Positions 18,176 to 31,244 of a DNA stretch of 64,000 bases are shown here, in pieces (the first letter of the stretch is position 1; the number at the start of each line of letters is the position of its first letter). Source of the stretch: Chrysomallon squamiferum (lineage: Eukaryota; Animalia; Mollusca); the NCBI GenBank assembly GCA_012295275.1, contig CM022672.1, positions 27,156,001 to 27,220,000 on the forward strand, given 5' to 3'. A program made the translations under genes and the position numbers. The notes beneath the pieces are model-generated. The model saw nothing but the letters and a program-made list of their open reading frames with translations, was not told the DNA's origin and searched no databases.

Positions 18176-20973
18176 TGAATAGTAACTTGCTAATGATATC
18201 ACAGTTTAAATTATCTAAGTTAATAAGTGTCTGAAATACTGACGTTAGACCTTTTTTAAACTTTATCAGATGTGAAACTACGATTGCAATAGTTTAAATG
18301 AGCTTTACATTAAACTTTGATTTAGTAACTTCTGTTAGCATCAGGTTAAATCAGTTTGTCATCATATCATTTTACTTTATATTAAAGTTTGATTTAGTGG
18401 CTTCTCTTAGCATATGATTAACTTTGTTTTAGATTGTACTTAACCTTTTTTTAATTTTAATTTTCACTATTCTTTTATGTATGGATTCAATTAGTGTATG
18501 ATTAATTTCATTTTAATTTATATTAAACTTTTATTTAGCCGAGCGCTGTTACACAGATTCAGAAATTAACGTAATTAACAATCTCTTCAAATTATCTACC
18601 AAACATTAACTAATTTTTAAAAAAAAAACCCAACAACATTAATCCTAATAGCTTTACCCAATATATAGTAAATCAAATATATTTTAAATTTTAGCTACAA
18701 AAATGAGGAATCTGTGACTGACGAAATTAAACAAATATTTAGAAATAGAAGTTTAGGATGATTTACTTACATCAGTTAATTCGTCAAAACGATAAACTTA
18801 AATGTACTTAAATAAGAAGTGTTTTAGATAGATCCTTACTAGAATAGTATCGAAATGATCTTCAAAAGGAATGGACTCAAGATTTAGACAAATAATGTTC
18901 AAAATACGTGAACACGAGATAAACCGAAATAATCTTCAAAAGACGTGAAGAAAAACTTTTCACGATCAATCGTCAATCTGTGAAACAGTAATTTCGCCTA
19001 ATAAGTAAAACGTTCAAATGCCACGCTAAATTGACAGAGCGAGGTCATTCATTTCCTATACTGCTTATACAAATGTCAGTCATTCTGACAAATAAATAGT
19101 AATACTATAAATTAGACTAAATATTCACAGTAACAGCTTGCATTTGTCATTTGGTATAATAAAATCTACGAACACGTACACACGTACAAAATAAAACAAA
19201 AGCAAAAAATCCAGTGTCAAATATTTTTATTTTAAAAAGACATTAACTTACATTAATGAAAGCCTAAAACAGAGCACCACACGTACGACAAAGAACAAAG
19301 TAGTAAAACTTGAAAAATCTTTTAGAAAAGACATAGAAATTTAACAATGTGAAAAAATCCTATTCTTTGAGAAAAGCAAGGCTAAATGCGATGCTTGTTA
19401 AAAACAGCAATCGTAAGAAAGCTTTGCTTATTTCATTCGCTTTTCGCTACAGTAAAAAATACACATAAGATATAAGTGAACTCAAAATATTAATAATAAT
19501 TTCGTATTTTATTATTAGTACGAAAATAACAATATAATTATCGTTTGTAGCTGGCAAGTCTGTACATATTATGATAAAGGTAAAACAAAGTACAGAATTG
19601 TTTTAAAAAATAGCTCTAACTATATTTGTATATATATATATATATATTTATATAATATGTAATGCGTCTATACTTTTGAGAAAATATATTATACCTATGT
19701 ACCTATGTCATATGTTTACAGAAAACTACCAAAACAAGGCCAAACAAACTCGAAAAACACGTTAACACTTTGGTCACCTGTGCACATTAACTCGGCCCCA
19801 ACACCAATGGTTTTTAAATTTAACTTTTTAAAAATATAATGTCGCTGCCATTCAGAGATAAAAAGTGAATAAAATTTCGTTATTTTGCGTTCACAACCTC
19901 TGATTAAATACAATATAAACAAGGAAAGACATCGTGGTATGATGTTGCCGTTAATTCAACAGGCTTCAGTTATCGAAAACATTAATCTTTTGTCATTATT
20001 ATTATTTTTTTTTTCTCAACATACCATGAGAAACTATTATCCAACAGAGCATGCTCCGGGAAAGAGACAGAAGGAAAGCGAGACGGAAAGCTATTTCCGG
20101 TTTGTATTACTATCCGTTTAACTAGTGACATGAACTTTGCATTTGCATTTAAATTATATTTCATTGACGATACATTTTTATTTCATAGATAAGATTTCGA
20201 CATAAGGAATCAAAAAGTAAATTTATCTAAGTGATTATTTAAAATAATTCGAAATATGTTATAAAAAGCACTTTAGAAAGAAATATTAGGTGCACAAATG
20301 TAATACAATGTAAAATAACTCGAATATTAGTAATTTAATTTTTAATGATTAAATATTGCTCATGGTATAGATTGAAAAATATGCTAAATGAATATACAAT
20401 AGCCCACAACCAGGTGCCTAAAACAGTATAACAGAATGTCTTTTCATTTTACTTTCCAGTAACGCAATACAATGAGTGGCAGTATTTGATGTTTTAGCGA
20501 GTGTCACTGTAACATTTATCTCGATGAAACACTATTACATTTCATATTATTCCGGATCTACCAACAATTATTATGAAACGTGCACCCATCTGTCACATAT
20601 ATCACAAAAGAGGCGTTTATATGCTGTGGTTTTTTTAATTAAGAAAAAAAGAAAAGTTTACTTTTCAGAAAACAGGTTTCCCCCCTCCAAATTTAGATTA
20701 AAAAAGAAAACAACAACAAAATAAACCTCTTATATTTTTTTTTTACCGCTTGAACGTTTTTTTTGTTGTTTTTTGTTTCTGTCATATGATACATACCTAG
20801 GCTCACAAGTAATTTGAATGATTTTATTCTCCATACCACAGGGTGCTACAACAGGAGCACCATAATCAGAAAGTCTTCGTCATACAATCAAAGCGCAGTC
20901 TACAGAAAACAATCTACTAACAAGTCTAATGTCTTTTAGCGTTCATTCGCCTTTAACTACAGAAGCCAAAACA

Positions 20974-20974
<1 letters not shown>

Positions 20975-21050
<76 letters not shown>
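20975..21050. repeat. (TAA)n microsatellite in the putative IF 3' UTR
   Basis: Read directly from the sequence. Confidence 0.9.
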
Positions 21051-21166
21051 TAATAACATTAGTACTAATCTACGTCCTAGAATTTGAACTGACAGAAAGC
21101 TGGTGTTGCATGCTTTCTGCTAGTCTATCTTGGAATGGTTGTAAATCTTTGTCGTCTGGAGTGTGT

Positions 21167-21205
21167 TTAGTGGGGAGAGAATCGGGCAAAGCAAGTGGCT
21201 TTTTC
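21167..21205 (-). CDS. IF last coding exon
   Basis: ctctctacag|GAA AAA GCC ACT...CAC TAA = [12 protein letters not shown]. Confidence 0.88.
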   Translation of the reverse strand, partial: EKATCFARFSPH

Positions 21206-21640
21206 CTGTAGAGAGAGAGAAAAAAATTATACAGTAATTTAAAATAAACTTCTATTAACTCGATTTTCAGATGCATCAAAATAATTACTATTATTACTTA
21301 ATTATTAGAAATGATCTACAGACGCACGCACACACACGCACACACGCACACATTTATATAATATTACATATGTATTTTGATTTCCGTGGTTATAATGGTA
21401 ATGATGACCATCAGTATTTTTGAAAATGAATAAATGAAAAAGGAAACTATAAATAAAAATAATAACCATTAGATAGCTAGACACAAGAAACTCAGTATTC
21501 AACATTTTAAAAAATTAACATGGCCCCTTTTGAAACAGAACATTAAGATGTATTAACTGAACAGAATGTCTATGATAATAAGTTTTTTTACTGATAGAAG
21601 TAAACTTTTAGTATAAATATAGAAGTTTAGTAAAATTAAA

Positions 21641-21683
<43 letters not shown>

Positions 21684-22066
21684 AAGAAGAAGAAGAAAGG
21701 AAACTATTGTAATACAAATACTATTATTTTAATATATTTAGTTACATGACAACAAGTATATATCATACATCACTGTCATATTTAATCTCAGATTTGCTGG
21801 TACAAAAACTTACGTTATTTGAGTCATCATACAGATAGGTCTTGCATGGACCCATTTCCCATGTCTGGAAGTCGGTAGTGTCGTGGTCAGAGCCCCTGGA
21901 CTTCGAGGGATTGCCCATTATGCTGAAGACCTGAAAATACATCAGATATTTTAATATACCTTGAACACATGGCTGGATCTGGACAGAATACTCTGGCGAA
22001 GTCAAAATTTATTAAATAACAAAATAAATAAATAAATAAATAAATAAATAAAATAATAGTAGTTGT

Positions 22067-22117
<51 letters not shown>

Positions 22118-23371
22118 AAAATAAAACTAATAATAATAATTTTAAAAATCCGAAAAAAAGAAAATAAGTTGCTAATTTAGGTAAACAAATATTATCTCTG
22201 TGTATTTTGTTTCTTAATTATTTTATTGTTATTTTTGTATTACATTTTTATTATATCTGGTAACAAAAGAATTTATTTATTTATTATATATTTTTTTAAC
22301 ATCATCAGTAAATATCGTCAGCTACTATAAAATTGTTTTAAACAGTTCTTCTTTCTTCATATAACTATATTAAAAGAGATCATCTGTACTTTTCTCATTA
22401 GTAGCAGTGAACTGTACAGAAGACACCATTATCTTTGATATATCACCCAAGACCATAGAGTTGGAACATGAAAGAGACAAAAGATCATCGAGAAAGCACC
22501 AGTATTAGACGGACTATGGCTATTTGAACCCACTAACCTTGAACTTCTGGCCTGGCGACAGAACCAAATTGTCCGGGAACTTGTACTCGAGTGGGGTGCT
22601 TTTTCCCTCCATCACCTTCTTGATTTTCCATCCAGCCATTCTTTGATCCTGAAAGATAATGTAACAGATATATTACTTATATTTATTATTTAGAAACTTA
22701 TAATTACATTACAGATAAAAGGTTTCCCGGCTTCACGACCTTCTTAATGATCAAAATAGTCAAATTACACAGAAACTTGTGTAGTTGTATCAATACATTT
22801 TGGTTATTTATGCTTTCACAGTAATACATCTGTAATTTAAGGTGTTACCTTGGCATTACGTCCGCTGCTGTTGTTCTCAATGGTGATGTAACGTCCCATG
22901 GTGTCCAGTTCGAGGAAGGCGATGTTTCCACGGCAAGCTCTCTGAATGGTCATTTTGGTCTCAGATGAGGTAAGGCCTGAAAGCAATTTCCAGCTTATTT
23001 TATTTAACGGTATCACAGTAACATAATAATTAATATTCTATCACTGGATATGAAATAGTTGTTTAAAATTACGTATAAAGCACAGTAATAAATATTATAT
23101 CATCAGTTACTGCATGTGGAACATTTGTTTAAAATGACCACTAAAACACGTTACTATTTTGCTACTAGCTATTACACATTCTAAACATTCGGTATGACGT
23201 CATATTTTCTATGAGCAGCAAGGGCTATTTTATATGCACTTTCCCACATATAGGAGAGCAGAGTCTCTGATAAATCAGTTGTTAATATAAATAAAATTAT
23301 ATTACTTAATTTTTCTGTTCTTTTCATTATGTTTACTCTGATCTACAATATCACTTAATATATATATATAT

Positions 23372-23420
<49 letters not shown>

Positions 23421-24345
23421 CAGACAGATACTATAGTACATAATATATTACTTTTTCATAAAAGTAATATTATATAAATATATATTATTGTTCTTGCAAT
23501 GATATTTCTAAAAACTGGAATATAAAATACAGCATAACATTTAAAAATATATCTGAAACAAAATATATATATATAAAATATATATTTATAATAATGCTCT
23601 ATGATGATGAAAATGAATGAAATATGACAAATAAATAGACAGTTACACAGTTAGATAAATGATGTGGAGGTAGTTAATTGCAGGGTGCTATGACATTTAC
23701 TTTTCATGCAGACATATGGGTTAATTTTAATTTGAAATCTTAAACAAACAAAAGTTAATTATATATCATTATGAAATATTTTCAGTCAATGTCCATAACC
23801 AGAATCTTCGCATTGCGTAAATACCTTGACCTTTATAACTTTATGTAGGACCTCCCACAAATGCCAATACCCAATTTGTCGATAGGCTGACGTAATTATG
23901 ACAGAAATATTAACTGACACCATTGGGGGTTAGCGCGGGAACATGCAGACGACAAAACAAAATAGAATGTGTTAAAAGTATTAGCAAGGAATAATTACAA
24001 AATAAATAAATAAATAAAATAAAATAAAATAAAATAAAATAAAATAAAATAAATGTATCAATAAATAAATAAATAAAACCATGCCAGTTAAGTTTTAGAA
24101 TACCATGGTAATAGTCACACTTAATCAAAAATATTTTTAAAAATATTTTTTATATACCAAAGGTTGCCCAGTGAACATGTTAAATCTGACTCTTTAAATT
24201 CGTAACCTTCATAACAAGCTCATTAACCGATCCCAGACAAAAATATCAGGCCAAAATATTTTAAATTATCCCAAGATTAAATAATTATAATAAAAATATA
24301 ATGATTCACCAAAAAATGATTTAAAGAAAATGAAAGATGATAACA

Positions 24346-24409
<64 letters not shown>

Positions 24410-24510
24410 TATATAAAAAGTAGTCGGTGCACTAACGTTAGAATCAAAAAGTGCACAAAACTGACAAAAATAATAAAATAAAATAATAATACTAATACTA
24501 ATACTAATAC

Positions 24511-24559
<49 letters not shown>

Positions 24560-27500
24560 ACAAACGAACGATAGTGTGAAATTCTAATATCAAATTAATG
24601 TTACAACCTAAAACTATTTAATGAATAAAAAATGATTTAGTAATACTAAATAGAAAGTAGGAGTACAAACAAACAAACAAACAAACAAACAAAAATAAAA
24701 ATAAAAATAATTACTTTTTGTCTACTCACTCTATTCTAAAATCAAACTAAATTTAAATGTTTACTGAAATAAAAATCTCTAATCACGAATAGAAAATTAA
24801 TGCCTTGATACAATCGACATTTAAGTATGGTTAGAAAGGGACAAACAAGCAAGAAGCAGTCCTTAACTAGACATTTATTTCCTTTCTTGCGCAGCTACAA
24901 AAATAAACTTTTTTTTTCCTATTCGAACTGTTCTTAAACTTAATTTACTAAATCATAAACACTGACGGCAAAGGCACAATTAATTTTCGGAAATCTTCGG
25001 ACATGTTCGTATAATTTCGTTTAGTGCTAATGTTTCAAAAATATATTTAAATATATTGAAACAAACATTATTTATCGACTGTTTATTTATATTATTGCTA
25101 CGATAAATATAATTTTTCAAATTTAAAGTGAACTGGATGAAAACAATTCATTTTCTTACGAACACATCCGAAAAATGCCGAATGAACACACTGGAAGATC
25201 ATGCTAGGAACAACATTTAATCTTACCTCCTCGGTGTTCTAAACCTGGTGAAATTAAAATGATAAATCTGTTAACGTGAACTAAACAGAGTTTCTAATCA
25301 TGACAACCAGATTTTGACAAAGCAGCTACACGTGAAAACGGTGTAATTGGAAAGAAAGAAAAAAAAAATGATGGAAGATGAAGAAGAAAAAAGCCCACAA
25401 GAAGCAGACGTGTATTTGTTTTTGTGGATCTGTAATTGCAAGTAACTCACATACTTCCAGACTGTCGTTATAAACGCCAAACTGATGTTGTCCTGGTTTT
25501 ATAGACGTTACAAACATATCATTGCGTTGTCATGGTTTTACAGACGTTATCAGCACGTTTGTGTTGTCCTGGTTTTATATACGTTATGAACACATATTTG
25601 TGTTGTCCTGGATTTATACACGTTATAAACACATGTTTTGTGTTGTTCACAAGCAGAAGTTATAAAAACAGTTGTACTGTCCTGGTTTTCAACCAGTGTG
25701 GTGACAATATCTTTCAGAAGTATGCCTGAGCAAAAGCGTCTTTATTTCTTTCCCAGCAATTTCTTTACTATCCTCAGATAAAAATAATAAATTTACACTT
25801 TGTACGTGAACTGTATTCCAGCTCCTTATGGTTTGTCCTGAGTTGTATGTTGTGCACAGCTTACATCGACTATTTGTATTATTTTTTAAGATTTTTAAAC
25901 ATTTTGTTATTTATTTCTAAACGTCTGATTATAAATAGTTTAAGGAAAGCTGTACATATTATTATTATTATTATTATTATTATTTACTATGCTGTGAACT
26001 TATCAGATAATAACAACAACAATAATAATAAAAATATTTTAAAAGGAATATCGAGATTAAAGATAAAAAAAGTACTTATTTAAATTAACCAATTATTTGA
26101 ACATTTTTTTTTCCATTCGGTGCCCTGCGGACGCAATATTGCATTCCTTTTATTTGTACTTATTATTTTCAATGTGGAATGTTTACTTTAAGCAAAACCG
26201 GTTTCTCAGAGGCTGTAGAAACTTTATGATGTTACACGTTTCTCAACTAAATTGATTTCAAAGCAGACGGTAAACACACATATTTTAATTTAATCACTGA
26301 ACATTAGTTCAGAAAGAAACAATATTAACTACACCAGACTGTAATAACAAAATTCAGCTCAAAAAAAAAAAAATATAAAAGAGGACATTTTTCTGTATAT
26401 TTCTCTCCAAAACTGCACAGTATTTGTGAGGAGGATGTTTGTCTTCAGTGCAAAAACGTTTACTTTATTTTCCACTTCGTATTCTAAAATGATAGTCAGG
26501 ATTTCAGCAGGACAGTAAACGCAACCTGTACAAATAACTGTCGATTCGGCTTCATTTATTGCAAAGACTTCTGTAGAAACCAGTACAAAGGTAAGGGCTT
26601 ATAAAGTCTCAGTCATTTAAGTTCAGTTTTCTCTTTGTATTTTTGAAGGTAAATATATACATCCCATAAAGCGTGTTACCATGTGAACAGTTATGGCCTC
26701 TGTGATGTTGATAAGCAACAAAAACTGACTGATATATTTTTTTGGTAATATATTATACGTCTTTAGTATTCATTTCTAAACGTAAAACAAGTATAAAATT
26801 TAATATCGCCTTTCAGTGGAGTATATATATTACAACCCAAATGAACTTTTGTCAGGTCTTGCTTGTGATCTATAAAACATGTAATATGAGAACGTTATAG
26901 TACCCCGAATCCATTATTTAATTACAATGAATTATTTTGCATGTGAAATTTGGATGTACAGAATACACAGATAAACACGTGCAGTGCAGTGATGTATGTG
27001 TATGAAAGAAAATGTACTGATGACTATGATCTGAAAATAAAAGCAAACATAAAACATGAACAATTGTGACACACTGCGCATCTAGAGAGGAAAACCATTC
27101 ACATTCTGGGCCAGCTGACAAATTAATCACAAATAAAAAAACTTTTGTTGCTAGAAGCTTCTGTCAAGCAAAATGGAACATAATATTGTCGAACAATCTT
27201 ATTTATATAAAATGAAAAATGAAAACAGAAAACCACTTTGAAAAATTAAATAAACAGATAAATAAAAGTAACAATGTTAGAAAATAAAAACAGAAAACAC
27301 AAACTGTCTGAACTATGATACAAAAAGTAGACGATCACGTGATTAGCTTAGGGCTGTGTCGAATGATTTATATGTTAGCGTTATCTTAGTCATTTGAATT
27401 GCATGCATGAGTGACTTTAACGACCCTCACTACACAATTATCATAAAGAGAAAGCTTGTTATACACACAAACAAAAAGAAACAATGTATTGTTATTACAT

Positions 27501-28852
27501 TACATAAACATTTCAGAATTATTTTCTTGCGTATTAAGACCAAACTTTTTTTTTTTTTTCAATTTACAATCTCCTTGTTATAAAAATATGATTTAGAATT
27601 TTATTCTCACTTTCTTTTTATTTCATAATAATAATAATATTATTTTTTTGACGAACTGGCAAAACAACTTTATCCGCGTTTAAAGGTGGCTATTTAAAGT
27701 CAAAGCTTTTTTGATAGGTGCTTTAAAGCCATGAATCATCAAATGGTCCTTTAGAAAGCTGTCAATTCACCTGGTTATTAATAACCGTGCTATGTAAAAG
27801 CAGTCGCATATACACAATCAGGCCTGCACCGATGGCACGTAACTTTCCCAGTGACGAGCTCAGCAAACGTCATTGTATACCGGAAACTTTTGATATATGT
27901 ATTATCTTTCATTATTCGCCTCCAGTTAAATTTGAAGAGGATTTTTACAATGGGTGTATCGAAATACCAATGTTTGCTCTCACGTAGCTTTATTAGCATT
28001 TGTGTGGCTGACACGGCCTGGGACTTGAATGCTAACTGGCTCTGCCACTTAAAAAGGAAGACAAGATAGAGCCCCTTTTTCGGCCACAGTTTCGTATTTG
28101 ATAAAAGCAAATGGCGGGTGCTTTTAAATAGATCCAAAGTTATTATTATTTATTTAATTGTACTTTTTCGAACACTACTTTTTTAAATCCGTTTATATTT
28201 TTTTTCTCTATCTTTTGCTCAGCATGTCTTCTAATGTTGTTTTTATCCATTTATTAAAACAATTGTATGTCATCTTGATTGCAGTTTATGATGTCTGTTG
28301 TATTCTGATACTCTAATTTTTTTTCATCACTTTTCTTATTACTTTTTTAATGACTATATTTATCCCTCGTTATTTTCCACTAGTTATAGTACATGACCGT
28401 TGCCTTTATGTTCGTTTGGAACTTGGAAGCCGTTATAATAACCTATTTAGCTAGACTTCTACAATCATTACTCTTTGCTTTTTATACTTTAATAAAATCA
28501 CGTCTCCTAACTGGCCACAAATGTAAAGTAACGTAATCATTATTAGTTCGTAATAAATTATTTCATAATATTCCTGGAAAGACTTATTGATCCAGACATT
28601 TGATTTGAAGGTTTCTTAACGGTTTTATTTTCAGTTACCTCCCCTTATATATATGTAAAAGACGTCTGCAATACAGATCAGTTTTCTCTTTAATGACTTT
28701 AATTTCAATACACTTGTCCAAAGATTCACTGAAAAAATCTACAAATACTTGGCTTAATAGTAGTTTACAATAACAACCAATAAAATTAAATATTTCTGTG
28801 TTCATAAATTATAATTAACTGCATTAGTTTTTGGAATATTAAATTATTATCA

Positions 28853-28920
<68 letters not shown>

Positions 28921-29302
28921 TTAAAGTTTCATTTTAAAATAACTAGAAAAGAAAAGGTTTATTATAAGGTTAACATTACAGAATTAATTTTTAAAAGATA
29001 TTTTGCTTCATTAAATCTAAACGGTTTATTTATTATTTAATTTTTTTTTTTTTTTTTTTTTTTCAGCTGTTATAAATGAGATTATAAAATGTGCCAGATG
29101 AAGTTAATTGAAAATATATAATGTTATAACAGATGTATTGCCACACAGAGAATACAGGCGAAAAACCCGTTAACCTATATCATGTAAGTGAATACATGTT
29201 AATGTCACCAAACACCAAAATTAGTTACAGAAAATTTAAATGTTAAATATTTCAGTGAACCTTTGCAATACATTAGTGCAGAAGTAAGTAGATTTATGAT
29301 TT

Positions 29303-29335
<33 letters not shown>

Positions 29336-31183
29336 ATGAATAAGTTAATTATTAACAGTATTCAAATTAAGAATAATAAATGAAATAAATAACCTGGCCC
29401 CGTATATTATTTTAATCTAAAAATAACTAAAATTAATTCTGAGGAAAAAAAAAAACCCAGTTGTTGTCTGAATGTGCCTAAATAAGTATTTTAAATATAG
29501 ACATAATTATCGTATCTAATCAAAAATCTTTTGACGTCTACTTTTGGATATCATAAAGGAAAACAAAGAGATACCTTTGCACCATATACAAACCGAAAAG
29601 CAAATTCCCTTAAAAATCCATAACCAAAGGAAAGAGAGAGGAGACCAAACCCGCAAATGAAAATGGTAAAAACGCAACAAAATACTATAAAAATTATTAT
29701 TATTGTTATTTTTCGTCAATTAATTTTATTTGAACGTAAAAAAAAAAATTCCATTTTTATTGAGGCACTCATTACACGTGAATACCAAATACTGGTTTTC
29801 ATCGGAATGTTTAGTGTAATGTACGTGCTTTTGTCGAATTCTCTTGAAGATTTTAGTTGTCAAAATAATAGTCTGCAAGACAGTTGCAGTCTTCAAATAA
29901 TGCTTTATTCGATTTTGAAGCGTTATAAGTAAATAACAATGTACTAAAACAGTCTAAAATAAGTGAATATACATTTCTACTATTATGAAATACACAGATA
30001 AATGCTTTTTGCGTATAAGAATAATATTTGTTAAAAAAAAGAGTTAACGGTAGCTTGGTCAGTATTAGCACCAAAAAAAAAAAAAAAAAAAAAAAGAATT
30101 AAAAAATAAAAATAATAATAATAATAATAATAATTAAAAAAAATAATAAGACAAGCAGCAATTGGCTTTATGCAATTCCTTTCTAACATCTGCCTAATTT
30201 GAGAGGTTTTACAAAATGAGAAACATTATAAAATGTCTTTATAAAATTGCTCTGATGTTTTTGATATATATATAAAAAAGCAACGACACAAAAACAAGAA
30301 ATTTACCCATCAGAGAATTCAGTCACAACCTTTAAGTAGCTCGTTGTTGTCGCAAACATTGCCACAACTTTTGAAAGTTGGAACTCGGTCAGATTAAACT
30401 GACAGATTATTCCATATGCATCATAAACAACACAGCATCACATTTTATCACATATCAGTTTGAAGTTTTATATTTTATGTATATCACATACAACAATCAG
30501 TCTTATGCATCGCAGTTAGGAAAGACGTTTAAAATTTTGAAAAAAAAAAAAACATGAAAAGAAAGTAAAAAAGAACGAAAAAGGAATTAACCCATAAAAC
30601 ACAGAGAAATGAAAATTGCAAGAATGAAGGCAAAAAGCATACGGTTTATCAGCTTGGCCAAAAAGAAAAAAAATATATATATATGTTAAAAACATTTAAA
30701 AAAAAAAAAAAAAAAATTGATTAAATAAACACTGACACTAACAAAAAGAGTGAAAAGATATAATTTTAGAGTTAGTTTTCATGTCCAAGATTACGTGACA
30801 GGAACTGTATTAACACATTAAACGTTTTACTGGATTCTCATGAATATGCAAAACGGGGAATGGTTTTCCTCTCGCCTGCCACCTCTGGTGAAATAACGAT
30901 GATACTAACTGCTTTGTCCGATCATGTCCGATAGCTGGGAGGTTCCCTGGCTCTGGATGCCCATGGCTTGTTCCACGATTTGTCTCAGTCCAGTTCTGTA
31001 AGAGACAGGTGAAATATCACTCAGAACATCACAGCTTTGTATCAGTTATTGCAAAGAAAAACTAAAATTCACTACACCATCCCTTTTGATTTCTATACAA
31101 GAAACATTTCACTATAGCCAGCATATGGTATTCCATGGCGATTGTGTTATAAACGATATACTGTACTTGTTTGGTTTCAAAGC

Positions 31184-31244
<61 letters not shown>

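Noticed and set aside
21070-21279. Longer alternative-frame ORF across the IF last exon
   Set aside because: Exon 10 ends in phase 0, which gives the family-typical EKAT... ending; the other frame has no support.
26918-27030. Strong minus-strand acceptor (tgtttgcttttattttcag) followed by a 37-codon open frame: possible alternative terminal exon or microexon of the IF gene
   Set aside because: No good frame-preserving donor, and the peptide looks like translated intron; needs RNA-seq.
28639-28665. 27-nt frame-preserving AG/GT segment in IF intron 7
   Set aside because: Weak pyrimidine tract and TA-repeat content; such matches are expected by chance in 8 kb.
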